Assembly (NCBI GenBank): GCA_036522275.1
Contig: DATDGC010000073.1
Coordinates: 1,021 to 65,020, forward strand
Source of the DNA: Burkholderiales bacterium
GTDB lineage: Bacteria; Pseudomonadota; Gammaproteobacteria; Burkholderiales; JAHFRG01
Direction: 5' to 3'
DNA length: 64,000 nucleotides
Position numbers and translations under genes: made by a program. A model generated the notes under the pieces. That model saw only the letters and a program-made list of their open reading frames with translations, did no database searches and was not told the origin of the DNA. Each line of letters opens with the position of its first letter. The first letter of the stretch is position 1. Positions 10,319 to 18,964 of this stretch are shown piece after piece.

Positions 10319-11311
10319 TTACATGCTGCGTTGCTGCAACAGCACCTCTCCGCCGCGATTGCGCGCGGCGCAAACTTTAAAGCGCAACGCGCTGTCCGCT
10401 CCCCAGCGCGCTTCCACTTCCCGCAGCAGACTGCCTGCGCGGATTTCCGAATCCACTACGGCAAAACCGGTCGGCCCCCATGAGCTCTGGCCGACGCAAT
10501 TCACGCCTTGGCTCTCCAGCCAGGCAAGCACTTCGCTCACTTTGCGGCTGGCATAACGTCCGCCCTGTGCCGGAGCAAAATGATCGCCCACCACACGCTG
10601 TACTTCGCTTACTGCTTTTCCGAATTCCTGAACATCGGCCTCCACCAGCGCCGGCATTAAATGCATCAGTACCAGGCGGCACAAATGCGCAGCACTCGCC
10701 TCCGGGAATTGCGGCAAGGTGCGAAAGACCTCGGCTTCATCAGTGCCATGCAGGCCCTGTGCCAGCAAATCGAAAATCAGCAATATCCGCCACTGTGACG
10801 GGAAGGTAATACGGCTGGTAATACGCGGCGGCTCGTCGCTTTTGCCGCGGCCTCCGTCAATCAGAAATCCGCCTTCGTCGAATGCGCCGATACCAATGCC
10901 GGAGCGGCATCCACGGTCCAGCACTGCGGCGATTTCCCTGGCGCCGAGATTCAAGTCATACAGACGCGCTGCCGCAATGCCCGCGGCGATGGCGAGCTGC
11001 GTGCCGGAGCCAAGACCGGTGTGCTCGGGTATCGCCTGCACCACCGCCATGCGCACTGCGCCGCGTAACGCCAGTCGCTCGTGCAGACGACGCAGCACAA
11101 GCATCGCGCGCTGCGTTTGCGCACCTTCAACCGAAAACATTGCAGCGCGCTCTGCGTAAATGCGCGTGCTGAATCCTTCGAGTGTCAAGCCCAGGCTGCC
11201 GAAGCGGCGGCCGGTGGCACCGTTCAAGTCCATGAACCCAAGGTGCAAGCGCGCCGGAGCCTCCACGACTACGCTCTGGGCTTCCTTATCAGTATTCAGC
11301 AAGCCATTCAT
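10319..11311 (-). CDS. mptG: beta-ribofuranosylaminobenzene 5'-phosphate (RFAP) synthase
   Basis: 330 aa, GHMP-kinase fold (VEAPARLHLGFMDLNG, PEHTGLGSGTQLA). Confidence 0.8.
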   Translation of the reverse strand: MNGLLNTDKEAQSVVVEAPARLHLGFMDLNGATGRRFGSLGLTLEGFSTRIYAERAAMFSVEGAQTQRAMLVLRRLHERLALRGAVRMAVVQAIPEHTGLGSGTQLAIAAGIAAARLYDLNLGAREIAAVLDRGCRSGIGIGAFDEGGFLIDGGRGKSDEPPRITSRITFPSQWRILLIFDLLAQGLHGTDEAEVFRTLPQFPEASAAHLCRLVLMHLMPALVEADVQEFGKAVSEVQRVVGDHFAPAQGGRYASRKVSEVLAWLESQGVNCVGQSSWGPTGFAVVDSEIRAGSLLREVEARWGADSALRFKVCAARNRGGEVLLQQRSM

Positions 11312-11551
11312 TATCTTGTGATTTCAATCCGGAAAGGTTCAGCAACTATCATGCCACCGGTTTTCTCATTGTATTTCAAGCCGGTCATGGCAGTCCAAAA
11401 GTCTATTTGCAATACGCGCGGAGCAGTGTGTCACTTTATCAGCGCATGGTGGCTCGTTTTGCTGCACTACCGTGCGATGGATATATGCTTAATATACAGC
11501 AAATTTTCGGCGGCTTGTGCTGCGCCGTGCGCCTACCCAAACATTAGGTCT

Positions 11552-11567
11552 TGGCATAGTATGTGCC
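11552..11567 (+). promoter_or_regulatory. possible sigma-54 (-24/-12) promoter upstream of fhcB
   Basis: TGGCAT-N5-GTGC compared with the consensus TGGCAC-N5-TTGC, about 45 nt upstream of the 11611 ATG. This is a motif match only. Confidence 0.2.
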
Positions 11568-11610
11568 TTTACCAATACAATCCGCCGCTGGCGGCAAGCG
11601 GAATCTCTTC

Positions 11611-12885
11611 ATGACGCAACTTTTATCTCCCGGAGTATGGGACGAAGTACCGTGCCCGTTTTGCGGACTCGCATGCGATGATCTACGCGTCGCCGCGCAA
11701 CCCGGCAAGCTTGAAGTCATCGCCAACGGCTGCCCTGTCAGCGCCAAGGCATTTGCCGGGCTAAGTTCCTCGAAAGCGATTGCTCCGCGCATCGCAGGAA
11801 AAACCGCTTCGCTTAAAAACGCCGTGGCAGCGGCTGCGGTTATTCTCAGCAAAGCAAAACAACCGCTGCTCGCGGGCCTGGGCACTGATGTGGCGGGAAT
11901 GCGCGCGCTGATGCAAATCGCCGACCGCATAGGCGCAGTGGTGGACCACATGAACAGCGCTTATTTCATGAGTAATGTGCTGGCGTTGCAGGATGGCGGC
12001 TGGCTCACCACCACTTTGAGCGAAGTGAAAAACCGCGTGGATTTGCTGGTGATTGCCGGCACCGATGTGGCGAGCCGTTTTCCGCGCTTTTTCGAGCGCT
12101 ATATCTGGAACCGCGACGCGCTGTTTGGCAGCAATACCCGCGAAGTCGTGTACCTGGGACGCGGACTGGATACTCAAGCGGGTACCGCCCCCGACGGGCG
12201 TAAACCGACCGTCATCGCCTGCGACGTCACGCGCATCGGCGAAATAGCAGGCGCGCTGCGCTGCCTTATCGCCGGCCGGCATATGCAGATTGACCCAGTT
12301 GCGGGCGTACCGTTATCCGAATTGCAGCAGCTTGCCAAACGCATGCAAAACGCACGCTATGGGGTACTCGCCTGGGCTGCCGCAGATTTTGATTTCAAGC
12401 ATGCGGAGCTTACCGTGCAAAGCCTGTGCGAGCTGGTGAAGGATTTGAACCGCGGCACGCGCTTTTCCGGTCTTCCATTGGGCGGCAATGAAGGCGACGT
12501 GACCGCCAACCAGGTGTGCAGCTGGCAAAGCGGCTTCCCTTTACGCACTGGTTTTGGGAGCGGGCACCCTGATTATGATCCGCGTCATTTCTCTGCCAAC
12601 CGCATGCTGCAGAAAAACGAAGCGGACGCGCTGTTGTGGGTTTCCAGCTTCAACGAGAAACGCACGCCGCCCGAAACCGCCGTTCCCACTGCGGTGCTCG
12701 GGCGCAGCGGCATGAGTTTCATCAAGGAACCGGACGTTTACATACCGGTCGCCACCCCGGGAATTGATCATTCCGGACATGTTTACCGCACTGATAACGT
12801 GGTGGCGCTGCCGCTAAGGAAGCTTCGCGAGAATGCGCTGCCTTCCGTGGCCCAGGTTGTCGCCGAAATTGAAAAAGCGTTGTAA
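11611..12885 (+). CDS. fhcB: formyltransferase/hydrolase complex subunit B (FwdB-like)
   Basis: ORF-track 11563..12885 trimmed to Met17 (MTQLLSPGVWDEVPCPFCGLACDDL), the FwdB-type Cys-rich N-terminus. Confidence 0.8.
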   Translation: MTQLLSPGVWDEVPCPFCGLACDDLRVAAQPGKLEVIANGCPVSAKAFAGLSSSKAIAPRIAGKTASLKNAVAAAAVILSKAKQPLLAGLGTDVAGMRALMQIADRIGAVVDHMNSAYFMSNVLALQDGGWLTTTLSEVKNRVDLLVIAGTDVASRFPRFFERYIWNRDALFGSNTREVVYLGRGLDTQAGTAPDGRKPTVIACDVTRIGEIAGALRCLIAGRHMQIDPVAGVPLSELQQLAKRMQNARYGVLAWAAADFDFKHAELTVQSLCELVKDLNRGTRFSGLPLGGNEGDVTANQVCSWQSGFPLRTGFGSGHPDYDPRHFSANRMLQKNEADALLWVSSFNEKRTPPETAVPTAVLGRSGMSFIKEPDVYIPVATPGIDHSGHVYRTDNVVALPLRKLRENALPSVAQVVAEIEKAL

Positions 12886-12893
12886 TTCCGCTG

Positions 12894-14561
12894 ATGCTTA
12901 CTAAACTTAATGGCGGCAAAATCTACGACCCCGCCAATCAGGTCAACGGCGAAGTGCACCATGTATTTATTCGCGACGGCCGTATTGTCGCCGCGCCCAC
13001 TTCCGACGAGCGGGTGGAGCGCGAGTACGATGTTTCCGGCAGAATCGTGATGGCGGGAGCGATAGATCTACACACCCATATCGGCGGCGGCAAAGTGAAT
13101 ATCGCGCGTAACATGCTGCCCGAAGACCATCGCGGCGATATCGTTGAACGTACTCCGCTCACCCGTTCCGGCTGCGGTCATGCCGTGCCTTCCACGCTAA
13201 CCACGGGATACCGTTATGCCGAGATGGGCTATACCGCGTGCTTCGAACCGGCGATGCTGCCGGTGAATGCGCGCCAGGCGCACATGGAAATGGGCGACAC
13301 GCCCATCGTCGACAAGGGCGGCTATGCCTTGCTTGGAAGCGATGATTTCCTGCTGCGCATGCTGGCTGCCAAATCCGACCAAAAAGCAATCAACGATTAT
13401 GTGGCATGGACGCTCAATGCCGCGCACTGCATCGGCATCAAAGTGGTGAATCCGGGGGGCATCTCCGCGTTCAAATTCAACCAGCGCAAACTGGATGTGG
13501 ACGAGGAGCATGTGTATTACCATGTTACGCCGCGACGGATACTCAAAATCCTCACGCAGGCGCTCAGCGACATCGGCGTGCCGCATCCGCTGCATGTGCA
13601 TGGAAGCAATCTCGGCGTGCCGGGCAATGTGGAGACCACGTTGGAAACCATAAAAGCGGCCGAAGGCCTGCCGATGCACCTCACACACATCCAGTTCCAC
13701 AGCTACGACACCGAGGGAGACCGGAAATTTTCTTCCGGCGCGGCGCGCGTGGCCGAAGTCATCAACCACAACAAAAATATTTCCGCAGATGTCGGACAAA
13801 TCATGTTCGGCCAGACCGTGACTGCTTCCGGCGATACCATGGCGCAGTACCGCAACGCGCCGCATGGCCATCCGCAAAAATGGGTGGTGATGGACATCGA
13901 GTGCGACGCCGGCTGCGGCGTGGTGCCATTCCGCTATCGCGACAAGAATTTCGTCAATGCATTGCAGTGGGCTATCGGCCTGGAAATTTTCCTGATGGTC
14001 AACGACCCGTGGCGCATTTTCCTCACCACCGATCATCCCACCGGCGCGCCCTTCATGAGCTACCCTCACCTGATTAAACTGCTCATGGACAAAACTTATC
14101 GAAACAACACCCTTGCCGCCATCAACCCCGATGCTGCGGCAATGAGCACGCTGGCGAGCCTTACGCGTGAATATACTCTCTATGAAATCGCCATCATGAC
14201 GCGGGCTGCGCCGGCAAAAATCCTCGGCCTTGCCGACCGCGGGCATCTCGGGCCGGGCGCTGCCGCCGATATCACCGTCTACAGCGAAGATGCCGACAAG
14301 GAAAGAATGTTCGCCAAGCCCGATTATGTGTTTAAGGATGGCGAGCTGGTGGCGCAAAACGGCAAGATCGTCAAAGTCACCCGGGGCAATACGCACGTGG
14401 TGAAACCCGAGTTCGATAAAAGCATCGAAAAGCAGCTTAAATCCTATTTCGAGCGCTACCAAACAATACGCATGGACAACTTCAAGATTAGCGACGACGA
14501 GATGTACGAATTCGGGCACGGCAACAAACTCTTGCTGCATCCCTGCAGGAAAAACGGGTAA
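12894..14561 (+). CDS. fhcA: formyltransferase/hydrolase complex subunit A (FwdA-like amidohydrolase)
   Basis: 555 aa. GAIDLHTHIGGG is the metal-binding motif, and the protein resembles FwdA along its full length. Confidence 0.9.
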   Translation: MLTKLNGGKIYDPANQVNGEVHHVFIRDGRIVAAPTSDERVEREYDVSGRIVMAGAIDLHTHIGGGKVNIARNMLPEDHRGDIVERTPLTRSGCGHAVPSTLTTGYRYAEMGYTACFEPAMLPVNARQAHMEMGDTPIVDKGGYALLGSDDFLLRMLAAKSDQKAINDYVAWTLNAAHCIGIKVVNPGGISAFKFNQRKLDVDEEHVYYHVTPRRILKILTQALSDIGVPHPLHVHGSNLGVPGNVETTLETIKAAEGLPMHLTHIQFHSYDTEGDRKFSSGAARVAEVINHNKNISADVGQIMFGQTVTASGDTMAQYRNAPHGHPQKWVVMDIECDAGCGVVPFRYRDKNFVNALQWAIGLEIFLMVNDPWRIFLTTDHPTGAPFMSYPHLIKLLMDKTYRNNTLAAINPDAAAMSTLASLTREYTLYEIAIMTRAAPAKILGLADRGHLGPGAAADITVYSEDADKERMFAKPDYVFKDGELVAQNGKIVKVTRGNTHVVKPEFDKSIEKQLKSYFERYQTIRMDNFKISDDEMYEFGHGNKLLLHPCRKNG

Positions 14562-14569
14562 AACCTTTT

Positions 14570-14687
14570 ACCGCGGAGGACGCAGAGGACGCAGAGGAAG
14601 CAGAGGAAGCAGAGGAAGCAGAGAAAACCTTGCATAAATTTTCATGGTTTTGTTTTCCTCCGCGTCCTTTGCGACCTCTGCGGTGAA
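14570..14687. repeat. REP-like hairpin with internal 9-bp tandem repeats, inside the fhc operon
   Basis: The left arm ACCGCGGAGGACGCAGAGGACGCAGAGGAA is approximately the reverse complement of the right arm TTCCTCCGCGTCCTTTGCGACCTCTGCGGTGAA. GCAGAGGAA is repeated 3 times at about 14591-14617. Confidence 0.65.
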
Positions 14688-14708
14688 TGCTTTGCAGTTA
14701 ATACTTTT

Positions 14709-15605
14709 ATGGTCATTAACGGCGTCACCATAGACGACACCTTTGCCGAAGCCTTTGGCATGAAGGCGACCCGCGTCATCATCACCGCCCACAATCTCAA
14801 ATGGGCGTATCACGCGGCCACCGCGGCCACCGGTTTCGCCACTTCAGTAATCGCCTGCGGCTGTGAGGCGGGAATCGAGCGCAAGCTCGAGCCTGATGAG
14901 ACTAAGGACGGGCGCCCCGGTGCGGCGATATTGCTGTTCGCCATCTCGGGAAAGGAACTGGCTAAGCAGCTGGAGCGGCGCGTCGGCCAATGCGTGCTCA
15001 CCTCTCCCACCAGCGCCGCGTTTGCCGGTATAACCGAAGGCGAGCCGTTGCCATTGGGGAAAAACCTGCGTTACTTCGGCGACGGCTTCCAGTCCTCCAA
15101 GCTGATTGGCGGCAAACGCCTGTGGCGCGTGCCGGTGATGGATGGTGAATTCCTGTGTGAAGAAACCACCGGCATGACGAAAGCGGTGGGTGGGGGCAAT
15201 TTCCTGATTCTGGCGGAATCGCTGGCGCAGGCGCTCGCCGCTGGCGAAGCGGCCATCGAAGCCATGCGCAAAGTGCCCAACGTCATCATGCCTTTCCCCG
15301 GCGGCATCGTGCGCTCCGGGTCAAAAGTCGGTTCCAAATACAAGGCGCTCATGGCTTCCACCAACGATGCGTTTTGCCCGACCATTCGCGGCATCACCCA
15401 ATCCGAATTGTCTGAAGGCATCGAGGCGGTGCTGGAAATCGTGATTGACGGCCTCAACGAGCCTGATGTGCGCAATGCCATGCGAGCCGGCATCTCCGCC
15501 GCGTGCGCGCTGGGGGCAAAAAACGGTATACGCCGCATCACCGCAGGCAACTATGGCGGCAAGCTGGGGCAGTTTCATTTTCATTTGCGTCAAATCATGT
15601 CATGA
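14709..15605 (+). CDS. fhcD: formylmethanofuran--H4MPT N-formyltransferase (Fhc subunit D)
   Basis: 298 aa. MVINGVTIDDTFAEAFGMKATRVIITA is the Ftr-family N-terminus. Confidence 0.9.
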   Translation: MVINGVTIDDTFAEAFGMKATRVIITAHNLKWAYHAATAATGFATSVIACGCEAGIERKLEPDETKDGRPGAAILLFAISGKELAKQLERRVGQCVLTSPTSAAFAGITEGEPLPLGKNLRYFGDGFQSSKLIGGKRLWRVPVMDGEFLCEETTGMTKAVGGGNFLILAESLAQALAAGEAAIEAMRKVPNVIMPFPGGIVRSGSKVGSKYKALMASTNDAFCPTIRGITQSELSEGIEAVLEIVIDGLNEPDVRNAMRAGISAACALGAKNGIRRITAGNYGGKLGQFHFHLRQIMS

Positions 15606-16417
15606 GCGCGCTGACCTTAACTTTAAAAGAAACGCCGCGGCAGCGTGTAGACCTGTCCCCGCTCACGCCTGATTTACTCAAGGAAAAATCCCCGCCCGAA
15701 ATCTCTGTCATTGAACTCTCAAGTGGCAATCGCAGGCTGCGGGTGAGCGAGCTTTTTTCTCTAAGCGGAGATGATCCATCCAGCCTGGTGATTAAAAACA
15801 GTTGCGACAAACTCGACCGCATCGGGCAAGCGATGAACAACGGCAGCATCACGGTACACGGCGATTGCGGCGCCTACGTCGGATTCGCCATGAAAAACGG
15901 CGCTATCACCGTGCATGGCAATGTTGGCGCTTATGCCGCAAGCGGAATGAAAAACGGCTTGCTCCACATTCGCGGCAACGCGGATGATTTCCTTGCCGCT
16001 GCTATTCCCGGCGACCGGCACGGCATGAAGGGTGGGATGGTGATCGTCACAGGCAATGCCGGCGACCGCGTGGGCGACCACATGCTCCGCGGCGCGGTGC
16101 TGATCGAAGGTAATGCCGGAGATTTCTGCGCTTCGCGCATGCTCGCAGGCACCATCGCAGTGCTGGGAAAAGCAGCAAGCTTTGCCGGCCACGGCATGAA
16201 GCGAGGCACTCTCCTGCTCAATACCATGCCAAATAATTTGCCCGCCACTTTCAACGATTGCGGCGTGCACCATATCAATTATCTGCCACTGCTCATCAAA
16301 TCCTGGCAATCCCTTGACAGCAAATTCGCGCGGCTCGAACTGCGCTCACGCGTGCGCCGCTACATGGGCGACCTGGCGAACGCAGGCAAGGGCGAAATTT
16401 TAGTGTGGCAACAATAA
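15602..16417 (+). CDS. fhcC: formyltransferase/hydrolase complex subunit C (FwdC-like)
   Basis: ORF-track 15503..16417 trimmed to Met34, giving an ATGA overlap with fhcD. Repeated G-x-x-G-x-x-M beta-helix repeats are present (VHGDCGAYVGFAMKNGAITVHGNVGAY...). Confidence 0.85.
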   Translation: MSALTLTLKETPRQRVDLSPLTPDLLKEKSPPEISVIELSSGNRRLRVSELFSLSGDDPSSLVIKNSCDKLDRIGQAMNNGSITVHGDCGAYVGFAMKNGAITVHGNVGAYAASGMKNGLLHIRGNADDFLAAAIPGDRHGMKGGMVIVTGNAGDRVGDHMLRGAVLIEGNAGDFCASRMLAGTIAVLGKAASFAGHGMKRGTLLLNTMPNNLPATFNDCGVHHINYLPLLIKSWQSLDSKFARLELRSRVRRYMGDLANAGKGEILVWQQ

Positions 16418-17308
16418 ATGCTCTACCGCGGCCGCTTTGCACCCTCTCCCACCGGGCCGCTGCATTTTGGTTCGCTGATTGCCGCGGTCGGCAGTTTCCT
16501 TGAAGCAAAAAGCCGCAACGGCGAGTGGCTGGTGCGTATTGAAGATCTCGATCCCCCACGCGAGGAGCCCGGCGCCAGCGATGAGATTCTGCGCACGCTC
16601 GAAGCCTGCGGCATGGAATGGGACGGCGATATTGTTTACCAGAGTGCGCGCCGGGATGCTTATCATGCCGCGCTGCACAGCTTGCGGGGGCGTAGTTTGG
16701 TTTACCCCTGCGCCTGCAGCCGCCGCGAAATAGCCGATTCGGCAATCGAAGGAATAGATGGGCCGGTTTATCCCGGCACTTGCCGCAACGGTCTGCCACC
16801 GCGGCGCAGAGCCCGCGTCTGGCGCGTGAAAACCAATCAACAGCTCGTTGAATTCACCGATACATTACAGGGGTATGTTGCACAGCGTCTCGAAATTAAT
16901 GTAGGGGATTATGTGCTGTACCGCGCAGACCAGGTTTACGCTTATCAGCTTGCGGTGGTGGTGGACGACGCCGAGCAGGGAATTACCGATATTGTGCGTG
17001 GCGCCGACTTGCTGAGTTCGACTCCCCGGCAACTTTATTTGCAAAAGCTGCTGGGATTCCCCACGCCGAAATATATGCACTTGCCGGTGGCGCTCGACAG
17101 TTCCGGCAAAAAACTCAGCAAGCAAACTTATGCACCCGCGCTGGGCCAGGGGCAGGAAATGCCCTGGCTATACCACGCATTGCGCTTCCTCGGGCAGAAT
17201 CCGCCGCCCAGGCTGGCCAAGGCCAGTCTCGGCAGCTTCTGGGAATGGGCGGTATTGCACTGGGACGCCAAAAAAATTCCGCAAGCGCGCGCCTTGCAGG
17301 CGCACTAG
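16418..17308 (+). CDS. gluQ: tRNA glutamyl-Q(34) synthetase
   Basis: 296 aa. RFAPSPTGPLHFGS (HIGH region) with no anticodon-binding domain. KLSKQ motif present. Confidence 0.9.
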   Translation: MLYRGRFAPSPTGPLHFGSLIAAVGSFLEAKSRNGEWLVRIEDLDPPREEPGASDEILRTLEACGMEWDGDIVYQSARRDAYHAALHSLRGRSLVYPCACSRREIADSAIEGIDGPVYPGTCRNGLPPRRRARVWRVKTNQQLVEFTDTLQGYVAQRLEINVGDYVLYRADQVYAYQLAVVVDDAEQGITDIVRGADLLSSTPRQLYLQKLLGFPTPKYMHLPVALDSSGKKLSKQTYAPALGQGQEMPWLYHALRFLGQNPPPRLAKASLGSFWEWAVLHWDAKKIPQARALQAH

Positions 17309-17320
17309 AACCTACTCATC

Positions 17321-17983
17321 ATGGCCAATAAGACTTTTAGCTTAACCGATGCCGTCTACCGCTATCTGCTGTCGGCGTCGCTGCGCGAACCCGAAATTTT
17401 GCGTAAATTGCGTGAAGAAACGGCAAAAGACCCGATGGCGCGCATGCAAATCGCGCCTGAGCAGGGACAATTCATGGCGTTGCTGGTGCAGCTTATGGGC
17501 GCAAAAAAATGCATCGAGATCGGCGTATTCACCGGTTACAGCTCGCTGTGCGTTGCCTTGGCATTGCCGCCAGATGGCAAAATTACCGCGTGTGACCTGA
17601 GCGAGGAGTGGACACAAATCGCGCGCCGCTATTGGCAGGAAGCGGGTGTAGCACAAAAAATAGAACTGCGGCTTGCCCCAGCGCTTAAAACGCTGGATGC
17701 GCTGCTCGCCGAAAACCAGGCCGGCACCTACGATTTCGCTTTCATCGACGCAGACAAGGAAAATTATCTCGCTTATTACGAGTATTGCTTGAAGTTACTG
17801 CGGCGCGGCGGCCTGATCGCGATTGATAACACTTTATGGTCGGGACGCGTTGCCGAACCGGATAATCATGAGACGGATACCGTGGCGCTGCGCGAGTTCA
17901 ACAGCAGTCTGCATCAGGACCAACGGGTTGCGCTGTCGCTGCTGCCGATTGCCGACGGGCTCACGCTCGTGTTGAAACTCTAA
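17321..17983 (+). CDS. class I SAM-dependent O-methyltransferase (family 3, caffeoyl-CoA OMT-like)
   Basis: 220 aa. [13 protein letters not shown] motif and FIDADKENY. Confidence 0.8.
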   Translation: MANKTFSLTDAVYRYLLSASLREPEILRKLREETAKDPMARMQIAPEQGQFMALLVQLMGAKKCIEIGVFTGYSSLCVALALPPDGKITACDLSEEWTQIARRYWQEAGVAQKIELRLAPALKTLDALLAENQAGTYDFAFIDADKENYLAYYEYCLKLLRRGGLIAIDNTLWSGRVAEPDNHETDTVALREFNSSLHQDQRVALSLLPIADGLTLVLKL

Positions 17984-18750
17984 AGAGACAACGGCTCACC
18001 GTCTTTGAACAGCAGAAACTCCCCTGGTGCCATTTCCGTCCAGCTCTCGTTATCAGTGAGCGGCAGCGTTGCGATTATCGCCACCTTGTCGTTCGGTTTG
18101 GTGAGCCGGCTGAAATCCACCGTGATGTCCTGGTCCTTCAAGTGCGCGCGGCCAAACGGGGCATGGCGCAGCACGTAGGAAAGTTGGTCGGCACAGTGGG
18201 CAAAAAGACACTCGCCGTTGGACAGCAGATAATTAAACACGCCGTAGTTAGCCAGTTCGCAAGTAACTTCCTTGACTGCTGCATAAAGGAGTTCGACCCC
18301 CGGCTGTCCGTTCGGGAACATCCGGCGCAAGGCCTCTAGCAGGAAACAGAAAGCCCGCTCACTGTCGGTGGTGCCGACCGGGTAGTAATTACCGTTGAGC
18401 TGGGGATGAAAATCTTTGAGCGTGCCGTTGTGCGCGAAAATCCAGTAACGACCCCACAATTCGCGCATGAACGGGTGGGTATTCTGCAGCGATATCTCGC
18501 CTTGCGTAGCTTTGCGGATGTGGGCAATCACGTTGAGCGAGTGGATGGGATACTTGCGCACCAGCTCCGCCACTGGCGACCGGGTGGCCGGCTTGGGATC
18601 AAGAAACAGCCGGCAGCCCAAGCCTTCAAAGAAAGCGATTCCCCAGCCATCGCCGTGATGATCGGTGCCACCACCGCGCGTGTGAAATCCCTCGAAGGAA
18701 AAGCAAATATCGGTGGGCACATTGCAGTTCATGCCCAGCAACTGGCACAT
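17980..18750 (-). CDS. class II (Ntn) glutamine amidotransferase, YafJ/EgtC-like
   Basis: ORF-track 17980..18765 trimmed to the MCQLLGM start, which gives the nucleophilic Cys2. HNGTL motif present. Confidence 0.8.
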   Translation of the reverse strand: MCQLLGMNCNVPTDICFSFEGFHTRGGGTDHHGDGWGIAFFEGLGCRLFLDPKPATRSPVAELVRKYPIHSLNVIAHIRKATQGEISLQNTHPFMRELWGRYWIFAHNGTLKDFHPQLNGNYYPVGTTDSERAFCFLLEALRRMFPNGQPGVELLYAAVKEVTCELANYGVFNYLLSNGECLFAHCADQLSYVLRHAPFGRAHLKDQDITVDFSRLTKPNDKVAIIATLPLTDNESWTEMAPGEFLLFKDGEPLSL

Positions 18751-18826
18751 CTCGAACCTCGGCAAAACAGTGACAGCCGTAGCTGCGTTGTTCTAGTTAT
18801 AATACAAAATCGGTAAAAAAATAAAT

Positions 18827-18964
18827 TCAGCACAACCGTGTATTGGCGAAGTCGATCAGCATTGCCGGATTGATGTACGCTTTAAAAACCAGGTAAATGA
18901 TGCCTCCCGCTACTGCCAGCGGCACCAGCCATAACAGAGTTTTTTGCAATTCGGTCAAATTCAT
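18827..18964 (-). CDS. 45-aa predicted single-pass membrane peptide, translationally coupled to the MFS gene
   Basis: Below the ORF-track size cut-off. It reads MNLTELQKTLLWLVPLAVAGGIIYLVFKAYINPAMLIDFANTRLC. Its ATG forms an ATGA overlap with the MFS stop (18961-18964). Confidence 0.35.
   Translation of the reverse strand: MNLTELQKTLLWLVPLAVAGGIIYLVFKAYINPAMLIDFANTRLC

Noticed and set aside
13197-14540. 447-aa ORF antisense to fhcA. Similar long antisense ORFs lie at 34299-35516 (opposite mmsA), 58170-59498 (opposite aspS), 40552-41847, 43742-44659 and 44713-45774 (opposite the phosphonate genes), and 24009-24974 (opposite the amidase).
   Set aside because: Each lies fully within, and opposite to, a gene with strong family signatures. 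The translations are Arg/His/Ala-rich and low in complexity, as is typical of shadow ORFs in GC-rich DNA.
14581-14625. Possible CRISPR-like or other array formed by the repeated GCAGAGGAA units.
   Set aside because: The units are 9 bp, directly tandem with no spacers, and embedded in a hairpin. This is a simple tandem repeat and not a CRISPR.
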